A stretch of 64,000 nucleotides of DNA, taken from positions 2,019 to 66,018 of the forward strand of contig JBBDKG010000010.1 in NCBI GenBank assembly GCA_040879435.1, written 5' to 3'. Of the stretch, positions 20,432 to 29,509 are shown in pieces. Source of the DNA: Minisyncoccota bacterium (lineage in GTDB: Bacteria; Patescibacteriota; Minisyncoccia; Phycocordibacterales; UBA918). The position numbers and the translations under genes were made by a program. Numbering within the stretch: the stretch's first letter is position 1; each line of letters opens with the position of its first letter. Below the pieces are notes generated by a model, which was given only the letters and a program-made list of their open reading frames with translations, did not search any database and was not told the origin of the DNA.

Positions 20432-20824
20432 CTACTCCGTGCCTGTTTCTTCATGCTCCGAATCCGTCTGGATACGTACCGGGCGGGCAGTGTTGGTCGA
20501 AGAGGCGGAGCTGGTCGCTCGCGGTGTAAGTTCAAACGGTGTGGTCGTTGGAGTGCTCGTCGCACTGTTTGCCTCCTCCTCTGGAGTAGTGGTCCCCACC
20601 GCAGAGAAGATGTTCGCGAAGTTGTCCTTCGCGTCCCCGAGGAATTGTGAGAACGCTCCTGTGTATTCGTCGTCAACGGTCGAGTCCGTGTCCAGCGTGT
20701 CGGCAAGACGGTACTGGAGCGACACGCCCCATACGAGTGCGATGACACTGGTCGCACCGATCGCATACCAGAATGCGAACTGTTGTCGGACGTGCCTCGG
20801 CTTTTTACGGATACGGGAAAACAT
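20432..20824 (-). CDS. hypothetical membrane-anchored protein with S/T-rich tail
   Basis: 130 aa. One TM helix (FAFWYAIGATSVIALVWGV) followed by a low-complexity T/S/E-rich C-terminus. Confidence 0.4.
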   Translation of the reverse strand: MFSRIRKKPRHVRQQFAFWYAIGATSVIALVWGVSLQYRLADTLDTDSTVDDEYTGAFSQFLGDAKDNFANIFSAVGTTTPEEEANSATSTPTTTPFELTPRATSSASSTNTARPVRIQTDSEHEETGTE

Positions 20825-20855
20825 GACGAGATAACTACATATCGCGGCGCTGAAG

Positions 20856-21476
20856 CTATGCCTTCAGAACCGCGATCTCACCCTCCATCCCTACAACGTC
20901 CCTCTTCTTCAATGTTAGTTTCTCAACCGGCTTTACGTCATCGGCACTTTCCTCTTTCAAGAAGGCCTTGAGCGCCTTCTCATCATAGTGCATCGGAATG
21001 ACGAGCCGTGCTTCGAGCTTCACCGCGAGCTTCGACGCCTGCGGAACCTCCAGCACATCACCACCGCCGATCGGAATGAAGAGGATGTCGATATCCCCGA
21101 GTGACTCAAGGATGGACGGGTCGAGTTCCGGCGAACCGAGCGCCCCCAGAAACACGATGTTCATACCTTCAAGCTGAACCTGATAGATGGTGTTGTATCG
21201 TTCCCTCCCCTCGTATGTCGTTTTGACGCTGAAACCAAGTACGGTCACCTCACCCACTTCATACGCGCCCGGTCCTGAAATAACGAACGGCTCCTTATTC
21301 CCGTGCGTCACCTGCGACGTGCCGTTCATATTCGGATGCCAGATCGAGATGAGCGCAATATCAGAACCGAACTTCGAGACCGGAAGCTTTGAGTCCTTGG
21401 CGATCGGGTCGAACGCGAGTGTGGTGTCGCCGAACGACACCTTGAAACACTGCCCCCCGTGATATGTGATTACCAT
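20856..21476 (-). CDS. metallo-beta-lactamase-fold hydrolase
   Basis: The start MVITYHGGQCFKVSF matches the typical MBL-fold opening (MKITYLGHA.F). The ORF-track N-terminal extension (to 21647) is low-complexity and overlaps a GC-rich non-coding region, so the internal ATG at 21476 is preferred. Confidence 0.65.
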   Translation of the reverse strand: MVITYHGGQCFKVSFGDTTLAFDPIAKDSKLPVSKFGSDIALISIWHPNMNGTSQVTHGNKEPFVISGPGAYEVGEVTVLGFSVKTTYEGRERYNTIYQVQLEGMNIVFLGALGSPELDPSILESLGDIDILFIPIGGGDVLEVPQASKLAVKLEARLVIPMHYDEKALKAFLKEESADDVKPVEKLTLKKRDVVGMEGEIAVLKA

Positions 21477-21499
21477 AGTGCAGGCAGTATACCGTATAA

Positions 21500-21919
21500 T
21501 CAACACTGCGTCATTCTGCTGTATGGTCCTCTGGACAACCCAGATACGTATGCTACTATGCTGCGCTCGGATGATTTGTCGTCCGAGTCCGGCTGTAGGT
21601 GTGCGTCCGCTACTCGACGACCCTTCCACACCTGCAGTCGGGACCAAATACCAGACCCGGTCGCGCGACCAGAGGAGCGCTCACAAAGAAGCGCCGCTGC
21701 GACCACGCCGCCTGAAGTGCCGCCACGCGACACCTCAGGCGGCAGATCTTCGAACAGAACAACCCCTCTGCAGTTGCCTTGGTCCTGCTTTGGGGTCTGT
21801 CGGCCGGCACTGGCGCTAGTGGCCTCCTCGTACCGCTGCCATGTGCTGGCCGACATCGCTCTTTCGCCACATTGATGTGGCCCCTTACTACCGGCATGCG
21901 CATGCGCTGCCGGTTTTTT
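21500..21919 (+). ncRNA. candidate structured ncRNA (identity unresolved: RNase P RNA-like, 6S or other), ending in an intrinsic terminator
   Basis: About 400 nt with no convincing ORF and markedly GC-rich (over 60%) relative to the genome, with many complementary G/C-rich segments. Ends with the hairpin ACCGGCA(T)GCG-catg-CGCTGCCGGT followed by TTTTTT at 21890-21919 on the + strand, although no + strand CDS lies upstream. A GAGUCCGGCUGUAGG segment loosely resembles the RNase P P4/CR-I region, but other RNase P hallmarks were not found. Confidence 0.35.
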
Positions 21920-22067
21920 CTATGGACAAAGTATGTAAAATACCGTATACTCGCGCCACTTCGAAAGAAGTTTATAAGCCTCTAGCGGCATACACGTAAC
22001 CCTACAGATACGACAACGGCCACGAGTAACGGTTCTGTACACGCGTATCGCCGGATAGAAAGATCAT

Positions 22068-23216
22068 ATGTTCAATATTAAGTCTGCGGTCATGGGCCGC
22101 ACCGTCGCTTCAGCCCCTGAAGTTGACGAACCGACCGCCGCACCAGCGGGGGTGATGCACACATACATCGCGGAAAGTCCCGAGCCGCCGCAAGAGGGAC
22201 AAATTATCGAGGGAACCGTGTCAGCGATCGGCCGCGCACGCGTCCTTATCAACCTGCCTCCGTTCGGCTCCGGTATCATCTACGGCCGCGAGTTCATGAA
22301 CGCACGCGACATCCTGCGTAAAGTGTCCGTCGGTGACACGATTGCAGCAAAGATCGTTGATGCATCCAACGAGGACGGATACATCGAGCTCTCTCTCAAG
22401 GAAGCGCGTCAGGCGCTCATCTGGAGCGACGCTGAGGCAGCACAAAAGAACCAGACAGTACTCTCACTTGAAGTGAAGGAGGCGAACAAGGGTGGTCTCA
22501 TCCTTGAATGGCAGGGTATCCAGGGATTCCTTCCTGCCTCGCAACTCTCTGCGGAGAACTATCCACGCGTTGCAGATGGCGACAAGGACAAGATCTTGTC
22601 GGCACTTGGCGACCTCATCGGACAGCACCTCTCAGTGATCATCATCACTGCCGACCAGAAGGAGGGCAAGCTGATCTTCTCTGAGAAGGGTCCACAAGAG
22701 AAGGAGGAGAAAGAAGAGAAGGTACGCCGCTACGAGGTGGGCGATGTGCTGAACGGTGAAGTGACCGGCGCAGTTGATTTCGGTATCTTCGTGAAGGTCG
22801 AAGAGGGCCTTGAAGGGCTGGTGCACATCTCTGAACTCGACTGGGGACTTGTTGAGGACACCCGCTCGCTATACAAGATCGGTGACAAGGTGCAGGTCAA
22901 GGTGATCGAGGTGAAGGACGATAAGATCTCACTCTCGATCAAGCAGCTTCGCGAGAACCCATGGATGGGCGCAGCGAAGAAATACAAGAAGGACCAGATC
23001 GTCGAAGGTGTTGTCATCAAGTACAACAAATACGGTGCGCTTGTCTCGATCGAGGAAGGAGTTGCCGGACTCGTCCACATCTCTGAATTCGACAACAGCG
23101 ACGCCAAACTGAAGGAGACGCTCTCACTCGGCAGCGCATACACATTCAAGATCACACTGTTCGAACCAAAGGATCAGCGAATGACACTCTCATACAAGGA
23201 AGCGAACCCTGAATAG
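22068..23216 (+). CDS. rpsA: 30S ribosomal protein S1 (short, four S1 domains)
   Basis: 382 aa. Repeated S1 RNA-binding-domain signatures (G.V.G.V..I...G.FV.l..g..GLvHISEl) occur four times. Confidence 0.85.
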   Translation: MFNIKSAVMGRTVASAPEVDEPTAAPAGVMHTYIAESPEPPQEGQIIEGTVSAIGRARVLINLPPFGSGIIYGREFMNARDILRKVSVGDTIAAKIVDASNEDGYIELSLKEARQALIWSDAEAAQKNQTVLSLEVKEANKGGLILEWQGIQGFLPASQLSAENYPRVADGDKDKILSALGDLIGQHLSVIIITADQKEGKLIFSEKGPQEKEEKEEKVRRYEVGDVLNGEVTGAVDFGIFVKVEEGLEGLVHISELDWGLVEDTRSLYKIGDKVQVKVIEVKDDKISLSIKQLRENPWMGAAKKYKKDQIVEGVVIKYNKYGALVSIEEGVAGLVHISEFDNSDAKLKETLSLGSAYTFKITLFEPKDQRMTLSYKEANPE

Positions 23217-23232
23217 GTTTCAGCGACCAGAT

Positions 23233-23267
23233 ACAAGAACGCCCGCACACTGTGCGGGCGTTCTTGT
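23233..23267. terminator. bidirectional terminator between convergent rpsA and pth
   Basis: 17-bp perfect inverted repeat ACAAGAACGCCCGCACA-c-TGTGCGGGCGTTCTTGT. Confidence 0.7.
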
Positions 23268-23269
23268 AT

Positions 23270-23869
23270 TCACCTGCCACTATTGAACTCATTCATCGCA
23301 CGCTCTACGCCGTCGACCACGATCGTTTCGATCGCTCTTGCTGTACGCTCAAAGATACCGTCGAGCTTCGCCTGTTCACTTCGCGAGAAACGGCCGAGCA
23401 CGAACCGCTCGAGCGGTCCGCCTGCTGTGGGTCGTTTTACCTTCCCTGTCCAAAAGGATGTTGGTGCGATACCGATGCGAATGCGGACGAACTCTTTGCT
23501 CTTTAACCCCTCAACAAACGACTTGATACCGTTGTGTCCCCCATCGCCGCGACCTTGGGTGACACGGATCGTACCGAGCGGCAGGTCAACGTCGTCATAC
23601 ACAACGATGCAGTCCTTAGGTAGTGCCCCTCGTTTCTCCTTCAGAAACCGCGCTGTCTCACCGGACCGGTTCATGAAGGTCTCGGGCAGCACGAGCATTG
23701 TTGGTACACCTGCGACATCCACATGCGCAATGAGCGCCTGCGCATTCCGCTCGTTTGAAAATGAGGCGCTCTGCGAGTCTGCAAACCGCTCAATGAGCGT
23801 ACGTCCGACGCTATGCCGTGTATCGGCATACTCGGCACCTGGATTCCCTAAGCCAAAGACATAGTACAT
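23270..23869 (-). CDS. pth: peptidyl-tRNA hydrolase
   Basis: 199 aa. The start MYYVFGLGNPGAEYADTRHSVG and the HNGIKS motif are characteristic of Pth. Confidence 0.9.
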   Translation of the reverse strand: MYYVFGLGNPGAEYADTRHSVGRTLIERFADSQSASFSNERNAQALIAHVDVAGVPTMLVLPETFMNRSGETARFLKEKRGALPKDCIVVYDDVDLPLGTIRVTQGRGDGGHNGIKSFVEGLKSKEFVRIRIGIAPTSFWTGKVKRPTAGGPLERFVLGRFSRSEQAKLDGIFERTARAIETIVVDGVERAMNEFNSGR

Positions 23870-23968
23870 ACGTGATTAGTGTACGGTGAAATAGTGAAAG
23901 TGCAACGCACGATACCGCATCGTTTGTTTTTGCACTTCACTTCACTTATACTATATGTATTACGTACT

Positions 23969-24586
23969 ATGTTTTCCCCTCCTACAACACAATCGAACAA
24001 AAACCAAACACCCTCACCTCGTCAGGAGCACCCACTCATTGAGATCGTACGCTTCATCATCATCGCACTGGTGATCGTGATCCCGATCCGTGTGTTCATC
24101 GCACAACCATTTATCGTATCGGGTGCTTCCATGGAGAATACCTTTCATAACAATGAGTATCTCATCGTGGACAGGGTTACGTACCGGTTCAACGAGCCGG
24201 AACGCGGCGATGTGGTGATATTCCGGTATCCGCGTGACCCGGCGAAGTTCTTTATCAAACGATTGATCGGTCTACCAGGAGACACGGTCACCATTAACGG
24301 GAGTACCATCACCATCACCAACAACGAACATCCCGACGGCATCACGCTTGATGAACCATACCTCTACACACCGACCGACTCATATCTCACCCAAACACTT
24401 GATGAAGGTGAGTACTTCGTGATGGGTGACAACCGGAACGCGAGCTCCGATTCACGCGTCTGGGGAATCCTCACTGACGACAAGATCATCGGTCGCGCGC
24501 TTCTGCGTCTCTTCCCGCTCTCGGACGCAGCGGTCATGCCCGGGGCGTACGACCTTGAAACCGGTTTATCAGCACGTTCACAGTGA
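23969..24586 (+). CDS. lepB: signal peptidase I (S26)
   Basis: TM anchor, catalytic-Ser box SGASMENTF, catalytic-Lys box KRLIGLPGD, and a C-terminal GDNRNASSDSR box. The ATG at 23969 is preferred over the ORF-track start at 23879, which would lie 10 nt from the pth start. Confidence 0.85.
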   Translation: MFSPPTTQSNKNQTPSPRQEHPLIEIVRFIIIALVIVIPIRVFIAQPFIVSGASMENTFHNNEYLIVDRVTYRFNEPERGDVVIFRYPRDPAKFFIKRLIGLPGDTVTINGSTITITNNEHPDGITLDEPYLYTPTDSYLTQTLDEGEYFVMGDNRNASSDSRVWGILTDDKIIGRALLRLFPLSDAAVMPGAYDLETGLSARSQ

Positions 24587-25797
24587 AATATATGCCAACT
24601 GAACTCACCGCAACAGATTTTCTCAAACGAGCAGCACGTGTAGCGGAACATTTCGGGTTCCTTTCGATCGCTGAGTGTCACAAACATCCTGACTGCAAGA
24701 ACTGCGTCGGCACGCTTCGCCACACCGCCTCCATGCAGGACCGGCGACTCGACGCACTCCACGGCATGCTCACAGCCGGCATCAGCACATACACCACCGG
24801 CAAGCTTCATGGGATCCAGTCGCCCATTCTGTGCTATAGCATCGAACACGTACCGCGTACGGGTGAGGCGGCACTTTCGATGCAGGTATTCAATGTTGAG
24901 AAAAGTATTGCAGAATCGCTTCTCATTCAGGCGTCGCGTGCGATCGCCCGCGAACTCGGGTTTGGCGAACAGGTTGTGCGGGTGAACTCGGTGGGTGATT
25001 CCGACTCAGTTGCCCGATACACGCGCGAACTGACGAATTTCATGCGTAAGCGCGCAGCTGATCTGCCCCCTGCCGCACGTGAACTGATGAAGGACCACGT
25101 GATCGATGCACTGCTGCACCTCATCGAGAAGGATCACGAACTATCGTATCGTAGCCCGAGTCCGCTTGAATATCTTTCTGACGCAAGCCGTCGGCACTTT
25201 CGTGAGATCGTGGAGTATTTGGAGATGAGCGAAACGCCGTACGAGATCGATCCGAAACTGATCGGCCACCTCAACTGCTACTCCGACGGTATCTTTGCAA
25301 TCGATGCACACAACCCCAGTGCGGACAACCCGCCAGCGCAGAGTACACAGCACGGCACTGCCTCACTTTTCATTCGCGGCGGCCGATACAACACGTTCAT
25401 GCGGCGACACACCAAGCAGGAGATCCCTGCTGCAGGTGCGGTCGTTATCCTGCGTGGCAAAAAAGCTCCGCGCCGCACACCGGCAGCACAAACGCAACGT
25501 CCATCGGTCTACCTCGTACAACTCGGCTTCGGACCGAAGATACGATCACTCATGCTTCTTGACCTGCTTCGGCAGGCTGGTGTCCCGACATACCAGAATC
25601 TTGCGAGCGATTCCCTTTCAACACAACTCCGCGATGCTGAGGAACGCGGAGTGAAATACGTCGTCATCATTGGCCAGAAGGAGTATGTAGACAACGCAGC
25701 GATCCTCCGGAACCTTCATGCACGGAGTCAGGAGCAGGTCCCCTTTACCGACCTTGTCGCCCGCCTCAAACGATCGGTATCGGCTACCTCACAATAA
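24583..25797 (+). CDS. hisS: class II aminoacyl-tRNA synthetase of the histidyl-tRNA synthetase family (divergent)
   Basis: 404 aa. HisRS-like regions (...LGFGEQVVRVNSVGD..., motif-3-like IRGGRYNTF) and a C-terminal HGTP-anticodon-binding-like domain (VYLVQLG...KYVVIIGQKE). Motif 2 is degenerate relative to canonical FRYERPQ.GR.R.F.Q. Confidence 0.55.
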   Translation: MKYMPTELTATDFLKRAARVAEHFGFLSIAECHKHPDCKNCVGTLRHTASMQDRRLDALHGMLTAGISTYTTGKLHGIQSPILCYSIEHVPRTGEAALSMQVFNVEKSIAESLLIQASRAIARELGFGEQVVRVNSVGDSDSVARYTRELTNFMRKRAADLPPAARELMKDHVIDALLHLIEKDHELSYRSPSPLEYLSDASRRHFREIVEYLEMSETPYEIDPKLIGHLNCYSDGIFAIDAHNPSADNPPAQSTQHGTASLFIRGGRYNTFMRRHTKQEIPAAGAVVILRGKKAPRRTPAAQTQRPSVYLVQLGFGPKIRSLMLLDLLRQAGVPTYQNLASDSLSTQLRDAEERGVKYVVIIGQKEYVDNAAILRNLHARSQEQVPFTDLVARLKRSVSATSQ

Positions 25798-26085
25798 CTG
25801 CTTTGGCAGTATCGTCAGTACATATTACAATCTAGCTATGGTATTACAGATCTTCGAACGTATCACCTATATGTGTGTCGGTGCTATCATCGCCATGGTT
25901 GCCTTCGGTCTGTATGTGCATACGAACAAGCAGAATGTTGCACGTATTGTGCAGCAGTCGACCGTATCTCCTGATCACTGCATAGAGCCAGATACTGTGC
26001 TGCATGAAGACGCGGCGGATACGAGAGAGATCTTCTTTGCCGGATGTGCAGGATTCTTCTGAGTCCACTTCCAACGGTTATATAC

Positions 26086-26113
26086 AAAAAGACCGGCATG
26101 ACCGGTCTTTTTG
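26086..26113. terminator. intrinsic terminator downstream of the 26114..27172 gene (bidirectional A/T-flanked hairpin)
   Basis: aaaa-AGACCGG-catga-CCGGTCT-ttttt. Confidence 0.65.
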
Positions 26114-27172
26114 CTATTCCGTAGCGGGTGGCGGAGCAGGTTCTTCATCTTCCGGTTCTTCCGGCGGTGGAGGCGATGTCTCCTCTTCTGGTTCCTCTGG
26201 TGGAGGTTCAGGTTCCGCCGCCGCTTCGACCACGACCGTCCGCGTCTTCGTCGCTTCATTGCCTGCTGCGTCTGCGACGCTGTATGTGAGTGTGTATGTA
26301 CCTGCTGTATCGGTATCCACCGTGCCATTTATCGTGATCTGAGCTGTCAGATCGCCATCTTTAGTGTCTGTTGCTGCAGCGCCCGGTTCGTCGTAGGTAT
26401 CGCCTTCAGTGAGAGTTATGGTTGCATCTCCGGCAAGTGTGATCACTGGTGGCGTGGTATCAGCTTGCGGTGTGCTGCCACCGCCCCCACCGCTTGGCGT
26501 GGTGCTTGCTGTAGTGGTCGCGGTGCTGCTTGCGGTCGAGCCACCATCCGATGTTGACGTTGCGGTTGACGTACCGGTCACACCTCCTGAACCGCTGCCT
26601 GAAGATGTCGAGGTGCCGGTCGCAACAGGAGTATTCTTTGACTCCTCTTCATACACGACCTCATCGGGATCAAGGAATCGGCCCACAAGACCGGAGTATG
26701 TTCGCTCAACGATCTTGTTGTTCGCGCCAATACGTCGTTCGATCTCCTGGGTCTCGATGAGCATCTGTCGCTCGGCGTTCACCACTTCCGCAAGCTGTGT
26801 GGTGATGAACGTATCAAGGTCCTTGGTACCAAGCTGCGATTTTGAGACCACCAGTATCTCCTCTCGCACGGCCTCCTGCCACACACCATCGATGACTGCA
26901 TAGGTCTGGTATGAGTAGTGTACGAAGTAGCTGATATCATCTTCTTCAACATACTCAACCTGTACCCGAAAGTCGTGATTATGAATATCGGCCTCAAGGA
27001 TCGCGCGGTTACTCACCTGCCGAACCGTCTCCTCCGACGTGATCACTGCTCCAGCCATTGCATCCCGCACATCCTCATTCGAGGCCATGACCGTCCCGCC
27101 GGACAGGAGAAGGAACACGAAGAGGAGTGTGAACGTGTTGTTATACAGTATGTAGTGGGCAAGTCTTTGCAT
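26114..27172 (-). CDS. secreted surface protein: N-terminal domain, S/T/G-rich linker, bacterial Ig-like (DUF5011/Big-like) domain, Pro/Glu-rich tail
   Basis: Signal/TM at the N-terminus. A long TSTSSGSGSGGVTGTSTATS linker. PVITLAGDATITLTEGDTYDEPGAAATD...GTYTLTYSVADAAGNEATKTRTVVV is a classic Ig-like adhesin repeat. C-terminal PEPPPEEPEEE tail. Confidence 0.65.
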   Translation of the reverse strand: MQRLAHYILYNNTFTLLFVFLLLSGGTVMASNEDVRDAMAGAVITSEETVRQVSNRAILEADIHNHDFRVQVEYVEEDDISYFVHYSYQTYAVIDGVWQEAVREEILVVSKSQLGTKDLDTFITTQLAEVVNAERQMLIETQEIERRIGANNKIVERTYSGLVGRFLDPDEVVYEEESKNTPVATGTSTSSGSGSGGVTGTSTATSTSDGGSTASSTATTTASTTPSGGGGGSTPQADTTPPVITLAGDATITLTEGDTYDEPGAAATDTKDGDLTAQITINGTVDTDTAGTYTLTYSVADAAGNEATKTRTVVVEAAAEPEPPPEEPEEETSPPPPEEPEDEEPAPPPATE

Positions 27173-27231
27173 ATGGTCGCGTTACCATGATTATACCACC
27201 GGACGGAATGCGTCACGCTGCCCTGTGGGAA

Positions 27232-28446
27232 TTAGGTACCGGCCTCAGCCTCCGCTACGAATCGGCAGAACAGCTCGGGTCGCTGTCCTTTTGCACAAGC
27301 GGTCTGCAGCTCCGCCTCGCTCACAAAACGTGAAATAGACGAATACAACCCTTCGTAGCAGATCGTTTGCTCCGTCTCGGTCATTCCACTCTCTTCACAA
27401 AATGCAAATACATGTTCGAAATCACCCGATGATGTGCCGTGCTCTACAAGTCCACCCGCGAGAGAGACGATGCATGCATGGAGCAGTTCCTCGGGAACAG
27501 TCCGACACGATGCAAGCAACTGCTGCTGGTCTTCCTTCGGACGATGCTGCACCATACCGCTGACCGCAACGGTCATGATCGTACTCTGCATGTCTTTCCG
27601 TTTTGCAGTCTGTGCGATCGCGGCGGCCTTTGCCGGATCATGGTTACTCAGACCGTCCACCTTCTGCGCCATCTCGTAGTAGCAGTCCGGCTGCCGCTCA
27701 TATGCTTCGCTGTCGCAGATGCGGAATGGTGATTCACGATCATAGGTAAAGCCATACTCCTCGTCTGACATCCAATCCACGATCACGTTGTATATACCCT
27801 GCCGGCACTCGCTGATCTCGAACGGACTCGCGTCCGGTAGCGACTCACACTGCGCAAGTGGTACATCGACAAAATCTCGGAGCGTCCACTCGCGCGGGTC
27901 AACGAGCGTATCAGCACGAGCTAGTAAAAAGCCATGTCCTGAACCGTGATAGCAGGTTTGCCGCATTCCCGGTGCGGTCGCTTTCAGGCGCTCGTCCATG
28001 TATGCACAGGTCAGAGAAACAAATGCCGGGTCAGGATTGTCCTGTATCAAATGTTCAAAGAAACCGTGATAGAAACCATACCCGCACGCAGTTGCATTCG
28101 GCGGAAATTCGGTGCGGTCCAGGTCACGATGTGTGAGGTAATCAAAGTAGTACGCCATGTCCCCAACACGATGCGCGTGCCGATGGCATCCGGTGTTCGA
28201 GAACGTATCGTATTCACGGTAGATACGCTCGAACACATCAAAGGCGGCCTGCGTTCCGTCAGATACGAAGACGCCGCGGATCACCTCCTGCCAGCAATCG
28301 ATCTTAGCAACCTCGTTCGTATATACCTTCTCACACCTCTCGATAGCTGCAGTTTCGCTATCATGCACCAGAAGAGCCCCGAGGATACCGATCACGAGAA
28401 ACGCTATCAGGATCACCCACCGCACAGTAATGCTATTCAACAACAT
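27232..28446 (-). CDS. Cys/His-rich secreted protein, paralog A of a 4-member family (repeated C-x-H-G-x-G-H-G motifs)
   Basis: Probable start MLLNSITVRWVILIAF (signal anchor). The ORF-track extension upstream is Arg-rich junk. Motifs CHRHAHRVGD, CGYGFYHGFFEH and CYHGSGHGF. About 14 Cys. Confidence 0.6.
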   Translation of the reverse strand: MLLNSITVRWVILIAFLVIGILGALLVHDSETAAIERCEKVYTNEVAKIDCWQEVIRGVFVSDGTQAAFDVFERIYREYDTFSNTGCHRHAHRVGDMAYYFDYLTHRDLDRTEFPPNATACGYGFYHGFFEHLIQDNPDPAFVSLTCAYMDERLKATAPGMRQTCYHGSGHGFLLARADTLVDPREWTLRDFVDVPLAQCESLPDASPFEISECRQGIYNVIVDWMSDEEYGFTYDRESPFRICDSEAYERQPDCYYEMAQKVDGLSNHDPAKAAAIAQTAKRKDMQSTIMTVAVSGMVQHRPKEDQQQLLASCRTVPEELLHACIVSLAGGLVEHGTSSGDFEHVFAFCEESGMTETEQTICYEGLYSSISRFVSEAELQTACAKGQRPELFCRFVAEAEAGT

Positions 28447-29452
28447 GTATCGTACCGGTGAAATAAGAGCGGATATGGTCATGCATGTTCCAGGTTCCCA
28501 CGCGATCGAATGTAAAACTCCATGTTTCTTCCGGCGGAATCGGCTCAAGAGAATCGAACTCCGGATAGATCCCGTGTGTGGGATGCAGGTTCGACGCCGG
28601 CCAGAACGGCCGACCTGTGGTCGTGCTGAATTCGACCGTCGCACCGCGCGCGACGGTAAGCTTTGCAGGCTCGAACCCTTCGTCGGTCAGCACGACTGAT
28701 ACTGTACCGTCAGTAGCTATTGCCGCCTGCTCAGGCGCTGACGCATTCAGTTGGTTGTCAGACAGGAGCATGAGGGTCACATAGAAAGCGGCGGCGGCAC
28801 ACGCAAGTCCAACCGCAACGCTTACAATAAGGTTCGTTCGCGATGGGCGTTTTGGAGTCGTTTCAGATTCTTCTGTGACCGGTGCAGTGTTGCCGGACGT
28901 ATTGCGTCGTGTCCTGATGAACAGAAAAATGCCAACAAGCGAAAGCAATGCCCCCGCAACTACTCCAACACCAAGTGCAAGAAATGAAAACGTTCCTGCG
29001 CCTGAAACATCACCTTGTTGCACGGACAGTGTGAATTCGATCTCGACGAGAGCCTCCCCCTCGTTACTGAATCGTGCAAAGCCGGTATACGTCCCTGCTT
29101 CAGGGAAGGCGATGGTCATCCCGGTAGCACCGAACTCAGCCTTTGCAAGTCCTCCCGCATAGAGTAGCCGGCCATCGTCTTCAAGCCGGAACCAGATGTC
29201 TGTGAACGGTACCTGTGTATCAGTCTCAGCATCATAGAGGTAGAAGTCAAATCGTATCTGCTCACCTGAACGAGGTTCTTCGGGCGAATAGCCGATATCG
29301 ACAAGATAGCCGTCGATGGTCTGTTCGATCGATGCTCCTGACGAGTGTGCAGCTACTCGTTCAACAAACGTGGTGCTGAGAACTGCAAGCGTCACACTTG
29401 TGACGATGCCAACGGTAATAAGAAAAGCTGTACTTATTTGTGTGCGTATCAT
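28433..29452 (-). CDS. membrane-anchored two-domain protein: YtkA/CopC-like beta-sandwich N-domain + cupredoxin-like C-domain
   Basis: 339 aa. N-terminal anchor and a central TM helix. The C-terminal segment FEPAKLTVARGATVEFSTTTGRP...HPTHGIYPEF...GTWNMHDHIRSYFTGTIHV resembles cupredoxin/EfeO-type domains (His ligands present, no Cys). Confidence 0.55.
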   Translation of the reverse strand: MIRTQISTAFLITVGIVTSVTLAVLSTTFVERVAAHSSGASIEQTIDGYLVDIGYSPEEPRSGEQIRFDFYLYDAETDTQVPFTDIWFRLEDDGRLLYAGGLAKAEFGATGMTIAFPEAGTYTGFARFSNEGEALVEIEFTLSVQQGDVSGAGTFSFLALGVGVVAGALLSLVGIFLFIRTRRNTSGNTAPVTEESETTPKRPSRTNLIVSVAVGLACAAAAFYVTLMLLSDNQLNASAPEQAAIATDGTVSVVLTDEGFEPAKLTVARGATVEFSTTTGRPFWPASNLHPTHGIYPEFDSLEPIPPEETWSFTFDRVGTWNMHDHIRSYFTGTIHVVE

Positions 29453-29509
29453 GCGGGTACTCGTGAATTAGAGACTTCCAAATACAGTCATTCTGTATGG
29501 TACCACAGG

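Noticed and set aside
20856-21647. ORF-track 263-aa version of the MBL-fold gene (start at 21647)
   Set aside because: The first 57 codons are low-complexity (GSSSSGRTPTAGLGRQIIRAQHSS) and lie inside the GC-rich structured non-coding block. The internal MVITYHGG start gives a canonical MBL-fold N-terminus.
21459-21903. ORFs of 97-138 aa on both strands in the 21459-21903 block
   Set aside because: Arg/Pro/Ala/Ser-rich translations typical of GC-rich non-coding or structured RNA. No ribosome-binding sites. The block ends in a terminator, which is better explained as an ncRNA.
21500-21919. Calling the GC-rich block RNase P RNA outright
   Set aside because: Only a weak GAGUCCGGCU...UAGG resemblance to CR-I was seen. 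I could not find the universally conserved GGUGAAA / GUAAGAGCGCACC / ACAGAANNNGCUUA elements or a convincing P4 pairing by eye, so I kept it as an unassigned ncRNA candidate.
25838-26062. 74-aa putative small TM protein (MVLQIFERITYMCVGAIIAMVAFGLYV...) between hisS-like and the surface protein gene
   Set aside because: Possible, but it has no clear ribosome-binding site and lies in the 3' UTR/terminator region of two convergent genes. I left it out of the feature list as too weak.
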